From NCBI GenBank assembly GCA_002269645.1, contig NIVC01002459.1, positions 80,286 to 144,285 of the forward strand: 64,000 nt of DNA, in the 5' to 3' direction. This document shows positions 38,496-54,687 of the stretch, piece by piece (position 1 is the first letter of the stretch; every line of letters begins with the position of its first letter). The notes below the pieces were generated by a model, which worked only from the letters and a program-made list of their open reading frames with translations, was not told the origin of the DNA and made no database searches. Made by a program: the position numbers and the translations under genes. This DNA comes from Macrostomum lignano. Its lineage: Eukaryota.

Positions 38496-39374
38496 GCAAC
38501 ACAAACAAGACAGGAAAAGCATGATGCAGCATGGAGCTGGCAATGCAAGCAGAAGCAAACAAAATAAAGTACAAATGTCCCGAAACTGACAGCAGCGAGT
38601 ATGAAATGAAGAGTGCAATTTAGTTGGCAGTTGGGCGGGGCTAAAACACTGAATTTAATAAGTAGCAGAAAAAAGAATATTCACAAGTGAAAACATACGT
38701 GTCAGCATATGCGGATACGCAGTTACGGCCGGTGCACAGGTGCCAGACATGCCATATCTACAGTACAACAATATATTTCTATGTAATCCGTCATTGAAGA
38801 CCGATATATATACTTTAGTGAATGTTTAGAGAAAAGCAAAAATAGCTAGCATAGGCTCGGCAGACTAGTATGAGTAGTATTCGCGGGACACCAAACCAGC
38901 TAGCGGTGGAAAGTAAAAATAATCTCAATTAGGTGCTCAATACGTATTGCTCAGAGAGCAGCTCAAACGCGACTGTGCTACTCGAGCAGGTAAGTAGTAT
39001 AAGTTGAGTTACAATGCCTTAATCTTTTAGGCATTAAAAAATGAAAGAACAAAAAACATATTGATTTCAAATACAGCAAAGGAAAGCAAAACACAGTTCT
39101 GAATAAATGTTTAAAGCAAATATGGTTGCAAGAGGGATTGTTAAACTGCCTCTTGCTAACTCACAGTACTTATTGTGGATATAAACAAATAATTTTCGGA
39201 TCTTCTGCAATTTAAAGAAGCAAGACGTCAAGCAGAGCAAAACAGACAGACATCAAACAGACATATTCCGGCCATAGAGATCCGTGTTTTATATATTCAT
39301 ATCTCTAGGATTTCTCCATCATCATTTTTCTTCTTAATCCCCTGCTGATACAGCCCTATCCCATCTTTTCCGCC

Positions 39375-39700
39375 CTCTACCTCTTCTCTTCCGCCCTCTC
39401 CCACCTCTCTTCCGCCCTCTCCCTCCTCTCTTCCGCCTCTTTTCCGCCCTCTCCCTCCTCTCTTCCGCCTCTTTTCCGCCCTCTCCCTCCTCTCTTCCGC
39501 CCGCTCCCTCCTCTCTTCCGCCCTCTTCCGCCTCTTTTCCGCCCTCTCCCTCCTCTCTTGCGCCCTCTTCCTCCTCTCTTCTGCCTTCTCCCTCCTCTCT
39601 TCCGCCCTCTTCCGCCTCTTTTCCGCCCTCTCCCTCCTCTCTTGCGCCCTCTTCCTCCTCTCTTCTGCCTTCTCCCTCCTCTCTTCCGCCCCTCCCTACT
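39375..39700. repeat. CT-rich ~21-bp degenerate repeat (CCGCCCTCTCCCTCCTCTCTT)
   Basis: Directly visible. Confidence 0.85.
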
Positions 39701-39894
39701 CACTTCTAGCCGTTCAACAGCTGTCAATCCATAGTCCAGCAACTATAATACACTCCCAATCAAAACAGGATACACAGGTAAAACGCAACAATACAAAGAA
39801 TTCAAATATTAGACATCAAATTAATCAAATTGAAATGTTACACAGTTCTGAAAGTCACAGGAAATTGGTCGTGCCGTACCATCTAGGCCTCACT

Positions 39895-44124
<4,230 letters not shown>

Positions 44125-44952
44125 TAGCTCTGTAGGCGAGCTTTAACCTCAACTAGCTAAATTTAGATATTATAGATAATTTATGCTGCAGAACTCAAGT
44201 AGCAATAAGTAGCAGAAAGCAGGTTAGCTATTGTCAAGCACTTTTTGCTACTTCAAAAAGGATTAGCACACATAGTCCTATTAAAACAAATTTTCAAATC
44301 TAATAACATCATTTTAAGAAATAAACATATCTTATTTGGCTAAATATCAGTTAAGAAGGATTTTAGTATTGTAGCATAATTAATAGGATTCAATGTGGTC
44401 AATTATTCTAAAAGCTACTTTAAAATTATTTTCAAATATATCTGGAGCTTTGACTGTAGCTAATAAAAATTTAAAAATACCTAAATAGTTTTTTAAAAGC
44501 CAAAACATAACTACCAATTACTTTGGCAATAATCTAGCAGTCATTATGGCCCCTATTATGGCCAAGGGATTTTTTTAATTCAAAAATTGATTGGCATGCT
44601 AACATACTAAAGCTTGTATGTCTGCAGCAAAGAAAAGTAAGGCTAGACATAGCTTTGTTTGGCAAATGGGCTATATTTGGTTTAGCCTAACATATTTAAA
44701 GAATTATTTGGCATCATTTGACCCTAGGCCACAATAAGGATTTTTAGCTATATGAACAAATATAATATACAGAAATAAAATGGCAGAACATATAAATAAG
44801 TCTAATAGTATTGCCTATTTTGCTACCATTGGTTAAACAAGTTTGTTAATACCTAGCTAGTACTCTTATCCCACTATTAGTCAAATAAACTATATGTTTG
44901 ACTAATATATGCAATATATGCAATAAATATTGGTTTGTTTAACTATAGCTTA

Positions 44953-44986
<34 letters not shown>

Positions 44987-45687
44987 AATAAATATAAATA
45001 TAATTTGTTTAAATAGTTTAAATTTCATATACTAGAAGTATTTCATCTGATGGCACTATTGAAGTTGGCCTAGATAGACATTGAATTCTGGTTGTTTTAC
45101 TCCCAAACCATTTTGCCCATAGTCTGTTTTGCCTATAAACCAGATTGGTTATAGGAATTTCAGCCAAAATGGTAATTATATAATTTTGAGATATAGCTAT
45201 ATTGTATCTTTATTTACTTTTTCAATGCTAGTTTATAGTTTTATTGAGTAAAAAATATGATCTGATTTGTTGCTACAACAATTTTTTTTATTAGAAGCAA
45301 GGGGGTTGTATGCACCCTGGCACACTTTAAGCAACATAGGCACATAACTGGCGAGAGGCATTACTGCCCATTCTGCCAACTCCCTTGAGCAGGCATACAA
45401 GCGTGTGGATATGTACGCAGTCATACGCACAGGCACACACTCACACAGGAGTTATACATGCCCAACACCCGTCCAACCCATCCGAACTGGACAGGTGAAA
45501 TGGCCGCTGGCCAAGGTAAGTCGCAAAATGGAAAATGCAAAAAACGAAAAAATTGGGAGAAGAAAGAAAGGAGAGGAAGAGAAAAGGAAAAGAAAGGAGG
45601 GAGAAGAGAGAGAGGGGGAAAGAGGAGAAAGAAAGAGAAAGAAAAGAAAAGAGAAAAAGGCAAGAAAAGTCATATACAAAGTGAAAA

Positions 45688-46725
45688 TTAAGTCGCAATC
45701 GGGAGGAACTAAGTCGCAATCGGGAGGAACTAAGTTGCAATCGAGAGGAACTAAGTCGCAATCGGGAAGAACTAAGTCACAATCGCGAAGAGCTAAGTCG
45801 CAATTGAGAGGAACTAAGTCGCAATCGAGAGGAACTAAGTCGCAATCAGAAAGAACTAAGTCGCAATCGGGAGGAACTAAGTCGCAATTGAGAGGAACTA
45901 AGTCGCAATCAGGAAGAACTAAGTCGCAATCGAGAGGAACTAAGTCGGAATCGAGAGGAACTAAGTCGCAATCAGGAAGAACTAAGTCGCAATCGAGAGG
46001 AACTAAGTCGCAATCGAGAGGAACTAAGTCGCAATCGAGAGGAACTAAGTCGCAATCGAGAGGAACTAAGTCGCAATTGAGAGGAACTAAGTCGCAATTG
46101 AGAGGAACTAAGTCGCAATCAGAAAGAACTAAGTCGCAATCGGGAGGAACTAAGTCGCAATCGAGAGGAACTAAGTCGGAATCGAGAGGAACTAAGTCGC
46201 AATCAGGAAGAACTAAGTCGCAATTGAGAGGAACTAAGTCGCAATCGAGAGGAACTAAGTCGCAATCAGAAAGAACTAAGTCGCAATCGGGAGGAACTAA
46301 GTCGCAATCGAGAGGAACTAAGTCGGAATCGAGAGGAACTAAGTCGCAATCAGGAAGAACTAAGTCGCAATCGGGAAGAACTAAGTCACAATCGCGAAGA
46401 AGTAAGTCACAATCGAGAGGAACTAAGTCGCAATCAGAAAGAACTAAGTCGCAATCGGGAGGAACTAAGTCGCAATCGAGAGGAACTAAGTCGCAATCAG
46501 GAAGAACTAAGTCGCAATCGAGAGGAACTAAGTCGCAATCGAGAGGAACTAAGTCGCAATCAGGAAGAACTAAGTCGCAATCGGGAGGAACTAAGTCGCA
46601 ATTGAGAGGAACTAAGTCGCAATCGAGAGGAACTAAGTCGCAATCAGGAAGAACTAAGTCGCAATCGGGAGGAACTAAGTCGCAATCGAGAGGAACTAAG
46701 TCGCAATCGAGAGAAACTAAGTTGT
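45688..46725. repeat. 21-bp minisatellite (GGAACTAAGTCGCAATCGAGA), about 49 copies
   Basis: Directly visible; explains the TKSQSRG ORF. Confidence 0.95.
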
Positions 46726-46839
46726 CTTGAATCCCATATTCTAAATCGTCTTAAAATCCTCTGTAAAGCCTTTTTAAATACCATATCTTGTTTTCCCTGT
46801 TTGCAAAAACTGACTTCCATTGTCCAGACTCAGACTCTC

Positions 46840-47570
46840 ATGTCTCCTCTCTGCATTCTCGCTGTTACTCTCTTCTCCCTCCTCCTCTCTACCTCTTTAT
46901 TTATCTCTTCTCCCTCGTGTTTCGTCTGTACCCTCTCCTGTCTCCTGTCTCCTCTCTTCTCTCTTATTTCTCCCCTCTTCTTTCCTCTCTCATATCTCAT
47001 CTCTACTCACTAACTATCGTCTCTCCTATACCCTCTCTCTTCTCTTTTCTCTCTCCTCTCTGCTCTCGTTTATCATATCTCGTATACCCTCACCTTTCTT
47101 ATCTCCCATCTTTCTTGCTTCCTTTCTACCATCTCGATTCTATCTTCTCCCCTTTGTCTCTTCTCTTCTCTAATCTTTACTCTCTCTTATTTTCTCAATC
47201 ATATATTTTCTCATCGCATCTTTCATCTGTCCTCTCTGCACTCTTACCTTTACCCTCTTTCTTTCTCCTCACTACTTTCTTCTCTTAACTCTCTCATCTC
47301 TGATCTTTCATCTCTCTCCTCTCTTTTATTTCAGCTGTATGCTCTTATCCCTCCTTTCTTCTCTCATTTCTCCTGTCTCCTCTCTGCTATCTTATAACTT
47401 CCCTCTCATCTCCTCTCTCCTCTTCTCTTCTCTCTCCCACTTCATTCCTACCTTACTCCCCTTTTCTCTCCCATCTGTCATCTCTAATCTGTCCTCTCTC
47501 ATATCTACTCTCTTTTCTATCATCTCTCTTCTATTTGTTCACTCTTCTCTATACTTGCTCTTCTCTGACT
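46840..47570. repeat. CT-rich low-complexity tract
   Basis: Strong pyrimidine skew with no clear period. Confidence 0.8.
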
Positions 47571-47699
47571 CATTTAATGTGCCAAATCCATCGAAATCCT
47601 CTCCGTAAAAATGAACTCTATCAAAATCTCTTCATGAGACTGAACTTCATCAAAATCCCTTTTGATAAACTACAAATATATTTTTTCTCGGAGGACTCT

Positions 47700-48300
47700 C
47701 ACTTCTTTGGCCATCAGTCTCAGTCTCCGAATCTGAGTCCAAATGAATGGCTGTGTTGTGGTTGGATCCGCGCTTCAGTACCAGCATCAGTTGATGGTCA
47801 AGATTCTATAGCAATAGATTCAGCATGAGCAGTGCACCGTTGTAAAAATTCTGTCTCAAGACTTCTAGTTTCTTCTTTATTTCAAAAACAGCTTCTCTTT
47901 CAGCTGACATAACTCGAGAAGAGTAATGTCGTTGCATCTGCACCATGAATTTCAATTTTTTGCATTCTGCATAGATAGATCTTTATTAAAAGCAACAACC
48001 TCTGGATTTTGCACTGCCATTAACAGTCCCTCTCTGTGTGAGCTTGCTGAACATTGGGATGGTGGTGCTTCTAGTTCCCTTGAATGTGCTGCAGCTGCAC
48101 CATCACCTGATCCCCCAGGCTGCACTTAAGATTGCTGGTAAATTTTCTTCTAATATCCAATGCGCACCACAACAATCATTAACTTCTCCAGGAGTTACAT
48201 GACCAAGTTTCCATAGTGTAAAGAGCTTTTGCTCTTCAACTGCAGAAAGGGGACACTAGTTGATGGAATAGTCTTCATGGCCATTTTCATCCCATTCATG
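47700..48300 (-). pseudogene. Possible decayed DNA-transposase C-terminal relic
   Basis: Stop-interrupted minus-strand peptide HEWDENGHEDYSIN*CPLSAVEEQKLFTLWKLG...VAFNKD; by-eye resemblance only. Confidence 0.25.
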
Positions 48301-48847
48301 TGCAAGATTCAATATATAGTCAGGTGCAGGTCTATCTTTAAGTGAAGTATATAATGACTCAAAGAATGTACACCTATATATATATATGAGTGCATGAGTG
48401 TATATATACAAGTTAGTTTGCCAGACACACAGTACAGTATATAGGGAGTATAGCCTACAGGGTACAGGCTACAGTGCAGTTTAGTACTGCATAAGTGAAT
48501 AAGTGAATGATAAATCAATTGGGAAAGAGAGTGAAGGTAGGAAAAGAGAAGAGAAATGAGGTACTTCCATTTTTCAATAAGCACAAGCACGCAACGCATG
48601 CTACCCCCCCCCTCCCAGTCTTTCAGTGTGGTGGCGCATAGGTAAGTCACAAATCTGGACAAAACTAAGTTGCACTAGATGGGAAAAATTTTGAGGTTGG
48701 GCATGTATGACAGGAGTATACAGCAGCCCTAACTTTATTTTATTGTTAGGCATGTACACTTCACTGTGCCTTGGGGGGTTGGCTCTCAAAGCTGTTAATT
48801 GCATGAGCAAAGATTCCAATTCAGCCCCAAATTAATGTGACTGCACT

Positions 48848-48910
48848 TAGAATTGAGCCTGGGTCGCTGGTACACCAGAGCAGCTACGCTACCGCTAGGC
48901 TATGGCCCCC
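48848..48910 (-). other. Degenerate tRNA-like sequence (tRNA pseudogene or SINE head)
   Basis: Minus strand GGGGGCCATAGCCTAGCGGTAGCG...CCAGCGACCCAGGCTCAATTCT: A-box TAGCCTAGCGG and degenerate B-box GGCTCAATTC; acceptor stem not intact. Confidence 0.4.
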
Positions 48911-51900
48911 TTTGCTACAACAATTGTGTTATTGCAATTTTGTTTATTACAATTGTGAATTATTAAAAGTTTTTAAAAAGTCATTCCTTTTAAAAGTGTG
49001 ACAATTAAAAGCCAATTTAAACAATCAAAGGGTAAGAAAGGGTTTCAATTACAGCAAGTTAAAACAAGAAATACTAAAAGAATAAGATTTGTCACCAAAA
49101 TTGAGAATCAAAGCACATAGTTTAAAACTGTAAAGTTTAGAAATGGTCTATAGCCAAAATGGTCTATCGGCAAAACATTCTATAGGCAAAATGGTCTTGG
49201 GGCAAAATGTCCATTGCCAAAACTGTTTATAGGCAAAATGACTAGTTACCTAGAAATTTAGGCTTAGCTATTTTGGTTAGAGGTAAAATATAGGGGCCTA
49301 CTTTAGAATTTTAGAATGCTTTTATATTTAGAATAATTACAATTGATTCATAGTTTGAAAGGCAACATATATACTAAGATTTCCCAGCATACAACAAAGG
49401 TCTTACCATTTTTCAGCATAGGCCTACATTAAGGGGCCTAGGATATATCCAAGCCGTGGCGCAAGTTACATCACTTGCAGTTGAGGTGAGAGAGAAGTCG
49501 CCTCTTGGTAGGGTGGCAGTTTTGACTGTTGCTGAGTGTATAATATAGATTACTGATGCTCATTATGGAACCGACCTGAGCAACCAACTAAAACACAAGA
49601 TGCTACCTATGACCACTGATAAGTAATAACAATTTTACAACTAAATTTTGTGCTATATTCCAGTTGTCTGAATCTGTTTTCAATTCTATATAGCTGAAAT
49701 GAATTCTTTTAATATTTTAATTGTTGATCAATGTTGGTTACTGTTGGGGAAGAAATACTTTTACGTGAATCTTTGTTTGGCTAGTCAAACATTAGTCAGG
49801 CAAAACTGCAGGCTCTTCAGTGGATGTTCATTTTTTCTTTGGAACCTTTGGCAGGACAGATTGAATGCCAAACTCTGGCTGTCTCTTTCGCCAAGCCGTT
49901 TCATTAGCAGCTTTCTTCAGTGCTCGCTTGACCACAGCATGCTTAATCTCCTTTTGCCGAGCTTGAAAACCAGAGGCTTGCACAGCCTCACACTATATTG
50001 ATAACATTCATGAAACTTAAATTGAGCACAAAATAAAACACCATACTTGAAAAAAAGTTGAAAGGATTGGTGTCCACAAAAAATTGCAAGAAATGAGCAA
50101 AATAGATGAAATTATCGCTAAGCAATTAAAAATTGCTGAGCAATAAAAAATCACAATGGTGGCAACACTGCCTGGCATACAAATGAGGTCTTGTCATTTT
50201 TTCTATTATTAAACCTAACATACATTAATAATAATATACAATCCAAACTTTAGCAATTGATAAAAAATATTTATTGCTTGGCCTATCTTTCCACTTAGCA
50301 TTTATTAAATATACCTATTTGGGACATAGAAAACCTATAATATAATTTTTGTGACAAGCATTGATTTTCCTTTTAAGCATAGGGCCTAGGTCTTAAAGTA
50401 AAGAACTTTTAGTTATACTTTAGACAATATTATATTAGGCTATAGTATCATCACTTATATTGCCTTATTAATATTTGGCATTGGCATTGGCATAAATTCA
50501 AATGAAAATTAAAGATAGGCCTAGGGCCTAACTATAAAAATAAAACTGCAATATATTTTACTGGCTGCTAGCTAAATAAACATCAGCTAGGTCTATGTCT
50601 TAGGCCCTACTTTAAACTATTTTATAAATATAAGTCACTTTTTATGGACTTGTCTTTTAGCCATTTAGCAATATTTTTGTTTTCTATTATATTAATATAT
50701 TTAGGCCTTGGTTCTAGGTTCTAGTTGGGTTTCATTATGGGCCTATTTTTATGAGGACTAGGCCCTATAATTGGCTATTGTATTTATATTTTTACAAAAT
50801 TTAGTCTTTAACTTGAAAAAATAGGCCTAAGCTTATCAAGGACTTAAACTTTAGTCCTGACATAAAACTTAACAATTAGCTTACTGATTTACTACTTAAA
50901 AATTAATTTCATACTTAATACAAATTTACAAGTTTTTTCATTGTTTCCCTACAAGGACTACATCTGGACAAATGTGACTTCTGTTTTTTATAGGCCTATT
51001 CATTCATTTTTGGCATTTTCAATTCCATGCGAAAAATTTGAGATAAAACTTAAACACATCTAGATTCCAGATTAGACTAAATTTTATGTTAATTTGTAAT
51101 TGTAACCCGAATTAGGATTCGGGTCCTGCATGAAAATCAAGACGGTAGTTTAAAGTTGGTGGTAAGTACTTGGCTTTCGTATTTCTGTACTGTTATTTAT
51201 TGATCAATGAAATAATATAGTCATAGGCTACTATTTCATTGTTGTTGGCTATAATATTTCATTGATGTGAAACAACGCACTTCAAGTGCAACCAACCGAG
51301 TTTCCCAGAAATATCAGATGATTTAAACAATTCTCTCCCTCTCTAAGGACGCGATACTCCAGCTGCCAAGAGCTTCAGGTTTGGAAAGCAATCGACGGTC
51401 TACAGATGCTTGATTTCCTGGTCCACAATGAACACAAGTCTACTTTTTTAAAACGGATTAAGCCTAAACTTATCCAGATTTGCTCTTAAGCTCCTAATTT
51501 TAAAGTTTGACGTTTCATTCTTTGTTACTTATAGTAGCGCATTTCTAGCAGAGCCGAATTGCATATCCAACACGAGAGAGTTAAGTTTTTCGAAGAGGTT
51601 GGTAATTTTTCTTACACTCTACAGTGCAGAATAACTACGTGTAACGAATGTGACGAATGTAACGAATATCACATCTATTGAATAATAGACTCTTGAATAA
51701 TGACTCTTAATTTTATCTCGCATCATTCTTCCATTAATTAATTTTTACACGTTGCCACGACGACAAAGCCATTACTGATGACACAGAGATATCTACATGT
51801 AGATGAGTAAATTTTCCGGAGGCATTAGCGTAAATATGTATGATATGTATGATGATATATAGATGTATGCGCTAGGAGAGGATAGTTGGCGCGTTGAAGG

Positions 51901-54687
51901 CCAAAAGTACAATTCCTCGTATTTAGCAATGTAATAGTACATGCAGCTACCATATAGTCTCGCCACTGCAAGAATCCCCTGCACAAGTCCCCTCTGTATC
52001 TGCATGGCCAATGCGATCAAGTCCCAGCAGTGTCCCTTATCATCGGCTATGACTTCGAGATTGACAGCAAAACGACACTAGTTGGCAGGTAAGTGCTAAG
52101 CCCCCTCTAGTCGGAAGCCCGATTTTGAAAGTTCCGGTTTGGTGAGCCAGAACGCACGTGCTGGTGGCAGCGGGTTAGCTAATCTGCGGATTGGCTGATC
52201 TCTACCTTCAAAATTCTCCCTGCTTGTCTCTCGCTGTCCCTCTCTTAGCTATAGGACCTGGACTGCTCGCCACACGATCAAGCTACCATGGGGCTGACCA
52301 TCTGACAGGAGTGGGGGGCCAGGACTCTAATTGATTTATTTCTGAGACCTGAGGCCCGAAGGCTTCCCGAAAGGGGCCGAAAAGGCCGAAACCCATCCAA
52401 AGTATCAAACTGTATGCAAAGGATCAAAGGGTCTGTATGCAAACAATGCCAATTTGGTAGTAGGAAAAGTTGAGTAAAATTTGCGCAATGAATTTTGTGT
52501 CAAAGTGCTTTCAGCGATCTAGCCTGGGCGAGATCACCAGTTGAAGAGTTGAAGAGTCACTAAAAACTCCCTCACTTCTAGACACTGGGGAACAAGTGCC
52601 TAGGTATATTTAAAATCAAATAACTCTTACTGGAGCCGCTCCTTTAGTAGCTTCTTGACTTTTTGGTTCGGCGGCGGTGTTGACTCTGAAGTGTTGACTA
52701 GAGAAATTCGCATCAGGGTGTCCATAGTCACCTGGTGCCACCTGTTGAAGGTCCAGAAGCTCCGCCTGTGTGAAGGCCAGTGACCAACAAAGTCTGAGCT
52801 GATGCAGACACATGTGGTCGACGTGCTGATGAAATTTGGAGACTTGGCAAGGCTGCACTGAGGTGCAGTGCTGATTGGCGCACAGGGGTGTACTGAATAT
52901 ACTGGCGCTTATGGGAAAAATCCGACCTTCTGGCAGAATCGTCGAATATCTCGACGGTCCGGAGGGCTGGCGACTTGATTCTTGTTTGAGAAGGTGTGCA
53001 ACAAAAAGTCAGCCCGTATTCTTGAATTTTGTGTGCCTGCGTTGCTCCGTTTCGGCGTAGCAAAAAATTGTCTGCAAACCCCCCCCCTCTTGGTAGTTCT
53101 ACTGTCCATCTAATGTACAATTGTGACTTTTATCCCAACCCCTTTTTCGTCAAAATTTATATATAAATATAAAGACATTAATCGTTTCTAATTCCTTATG
53201 AGTCTGCATGGCGATACGTGAGAATGCAAGTGCACTCACGTTCTTATTTGCAAATGCATAAAATTTCCATTACGAAGAATGCATGTAATAAGTTTATTCT
53301 GCACCAAAAGCAAAATTAATATTCTAAATTAGTATAGAACTTTCACCCAGGTGTTTGCTTTCTGCCGCATTTTTTATAGCTTGAACACGTACGAGTGTGT
53401 GCTCCGTCAGCTGTAACGCAGTTTAATTGGCAAATTTAGAATTTGTGTCGCACATGCAATGTGAGACAGGATCCTTCATAAAAGATCCTTCAATCCGCTC
53501 AATGACAATTGGTTTCATTTTCATTTTGCTTGCTTCGATTAAATTAATTTCTGATATGGAGGCTTCAGGTATTGCGACAAAAACAGCTGTTTAATAGCGA
53601 GATCGCTAAACTACGACGTATATAAATGAGAATGAGATCATAAAATCAAACTTTGTGTAGTCGGATTTTGCATAAGCTGATCCTGATTCTGCACTATGTA
53701 TGAAGCTATGCACTATGTTTGAGTTACATATGAAGCAAGTTTACAAACAAAAAAGAAAAAAACACATTATTGAATACGGCTGGCTTTCGTCTCCAGTAGT
53801 TTTTTTATAAATTTGAGTGCACCTCGGACACAGCACATCTCTGCATCATTTGGAATTTAAAACTTCAGAATTTTTGGAAGTGCAGTGTGACTGTGTCGAA
53901 AGCGAAAAGGAAAGCATCAAATCCCAATTTGAAATAATTTAGAAACTGAACACTGTTTATAAAAATTGTAAAAATCTGGTTCATTTTGATTGCTTATTGT
54001 TAGAAATAAACTTTTATAATAGTCTTAGATTTGTTTTTTAACGCATCATGGCTTGCAATTCATAGGTAAAATTAATAATAATAGTATTACTTACCAAACA
54101 TTTATTTGTTTAATCGATAAAATATCATTACACAGGCAGTACGCTGACATGAAAAATGAGGGCACAGGTAATATAATAGGAAGGACGACACAGATCATCA
54201 CAATGTAGGTTTATTTTCATTTTACAACTTTCTATTTCCTAGAAATAGAAATTCTTACTGGAACAATGTTTGGTGACTTGGTGGGCGCCTCAAATCCCTA
54301 ATCTCCTAAGGCAGCTACGCCCCTGTCTCTTGGTTGGCGTTGGTTGGAACCTCTGCTTTTTTAAAGTGTGCGGATGCTCCGGGACTTCTAGGGTTGGTTA
54401 GTAAGGCTGAAACCAAGAGGGTAACCAGTCATAAATGTATTGAGCTATTTTTCCCAAAACAGATTAGTTTCACTAGTATTAGTATAAACCATATAAAGTG
54501 TCAAGACAGGACACACTCGAGAGCGAGAGAACCAGAAGACGAGAAAACCAGAGAATCAGAGAACCAGAGAACAATAAAACAACCGAAGCACCTGTAGAAT
54601 GAAAAAGCCATCCAAAAGTTGCCAATGCCTTCATGATGGATTGTTACGAATGACGGGGTCAGAGGGGATTGGCATGAATGTCTTTAT

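Noticed and set aside
45405-46730. 441-aa basic ORF (TKSQSRG)n resembling a protamine- or SR-like protein
   Set aside because: Consists of a purine low-complexity tract plus a 21-bp minisatellite; no evidence of coding function.
51105-51124. 8-bp hairpin ACCCGAAT-TAGG-ATTCGGGT as a Helitron 3' end
   Set aside because: No CTRR terminus at the expected distance.
52616-53120. Several short overlapping minus-strand ORFs
   Set aside because: No motifs and no consistent splice structure.
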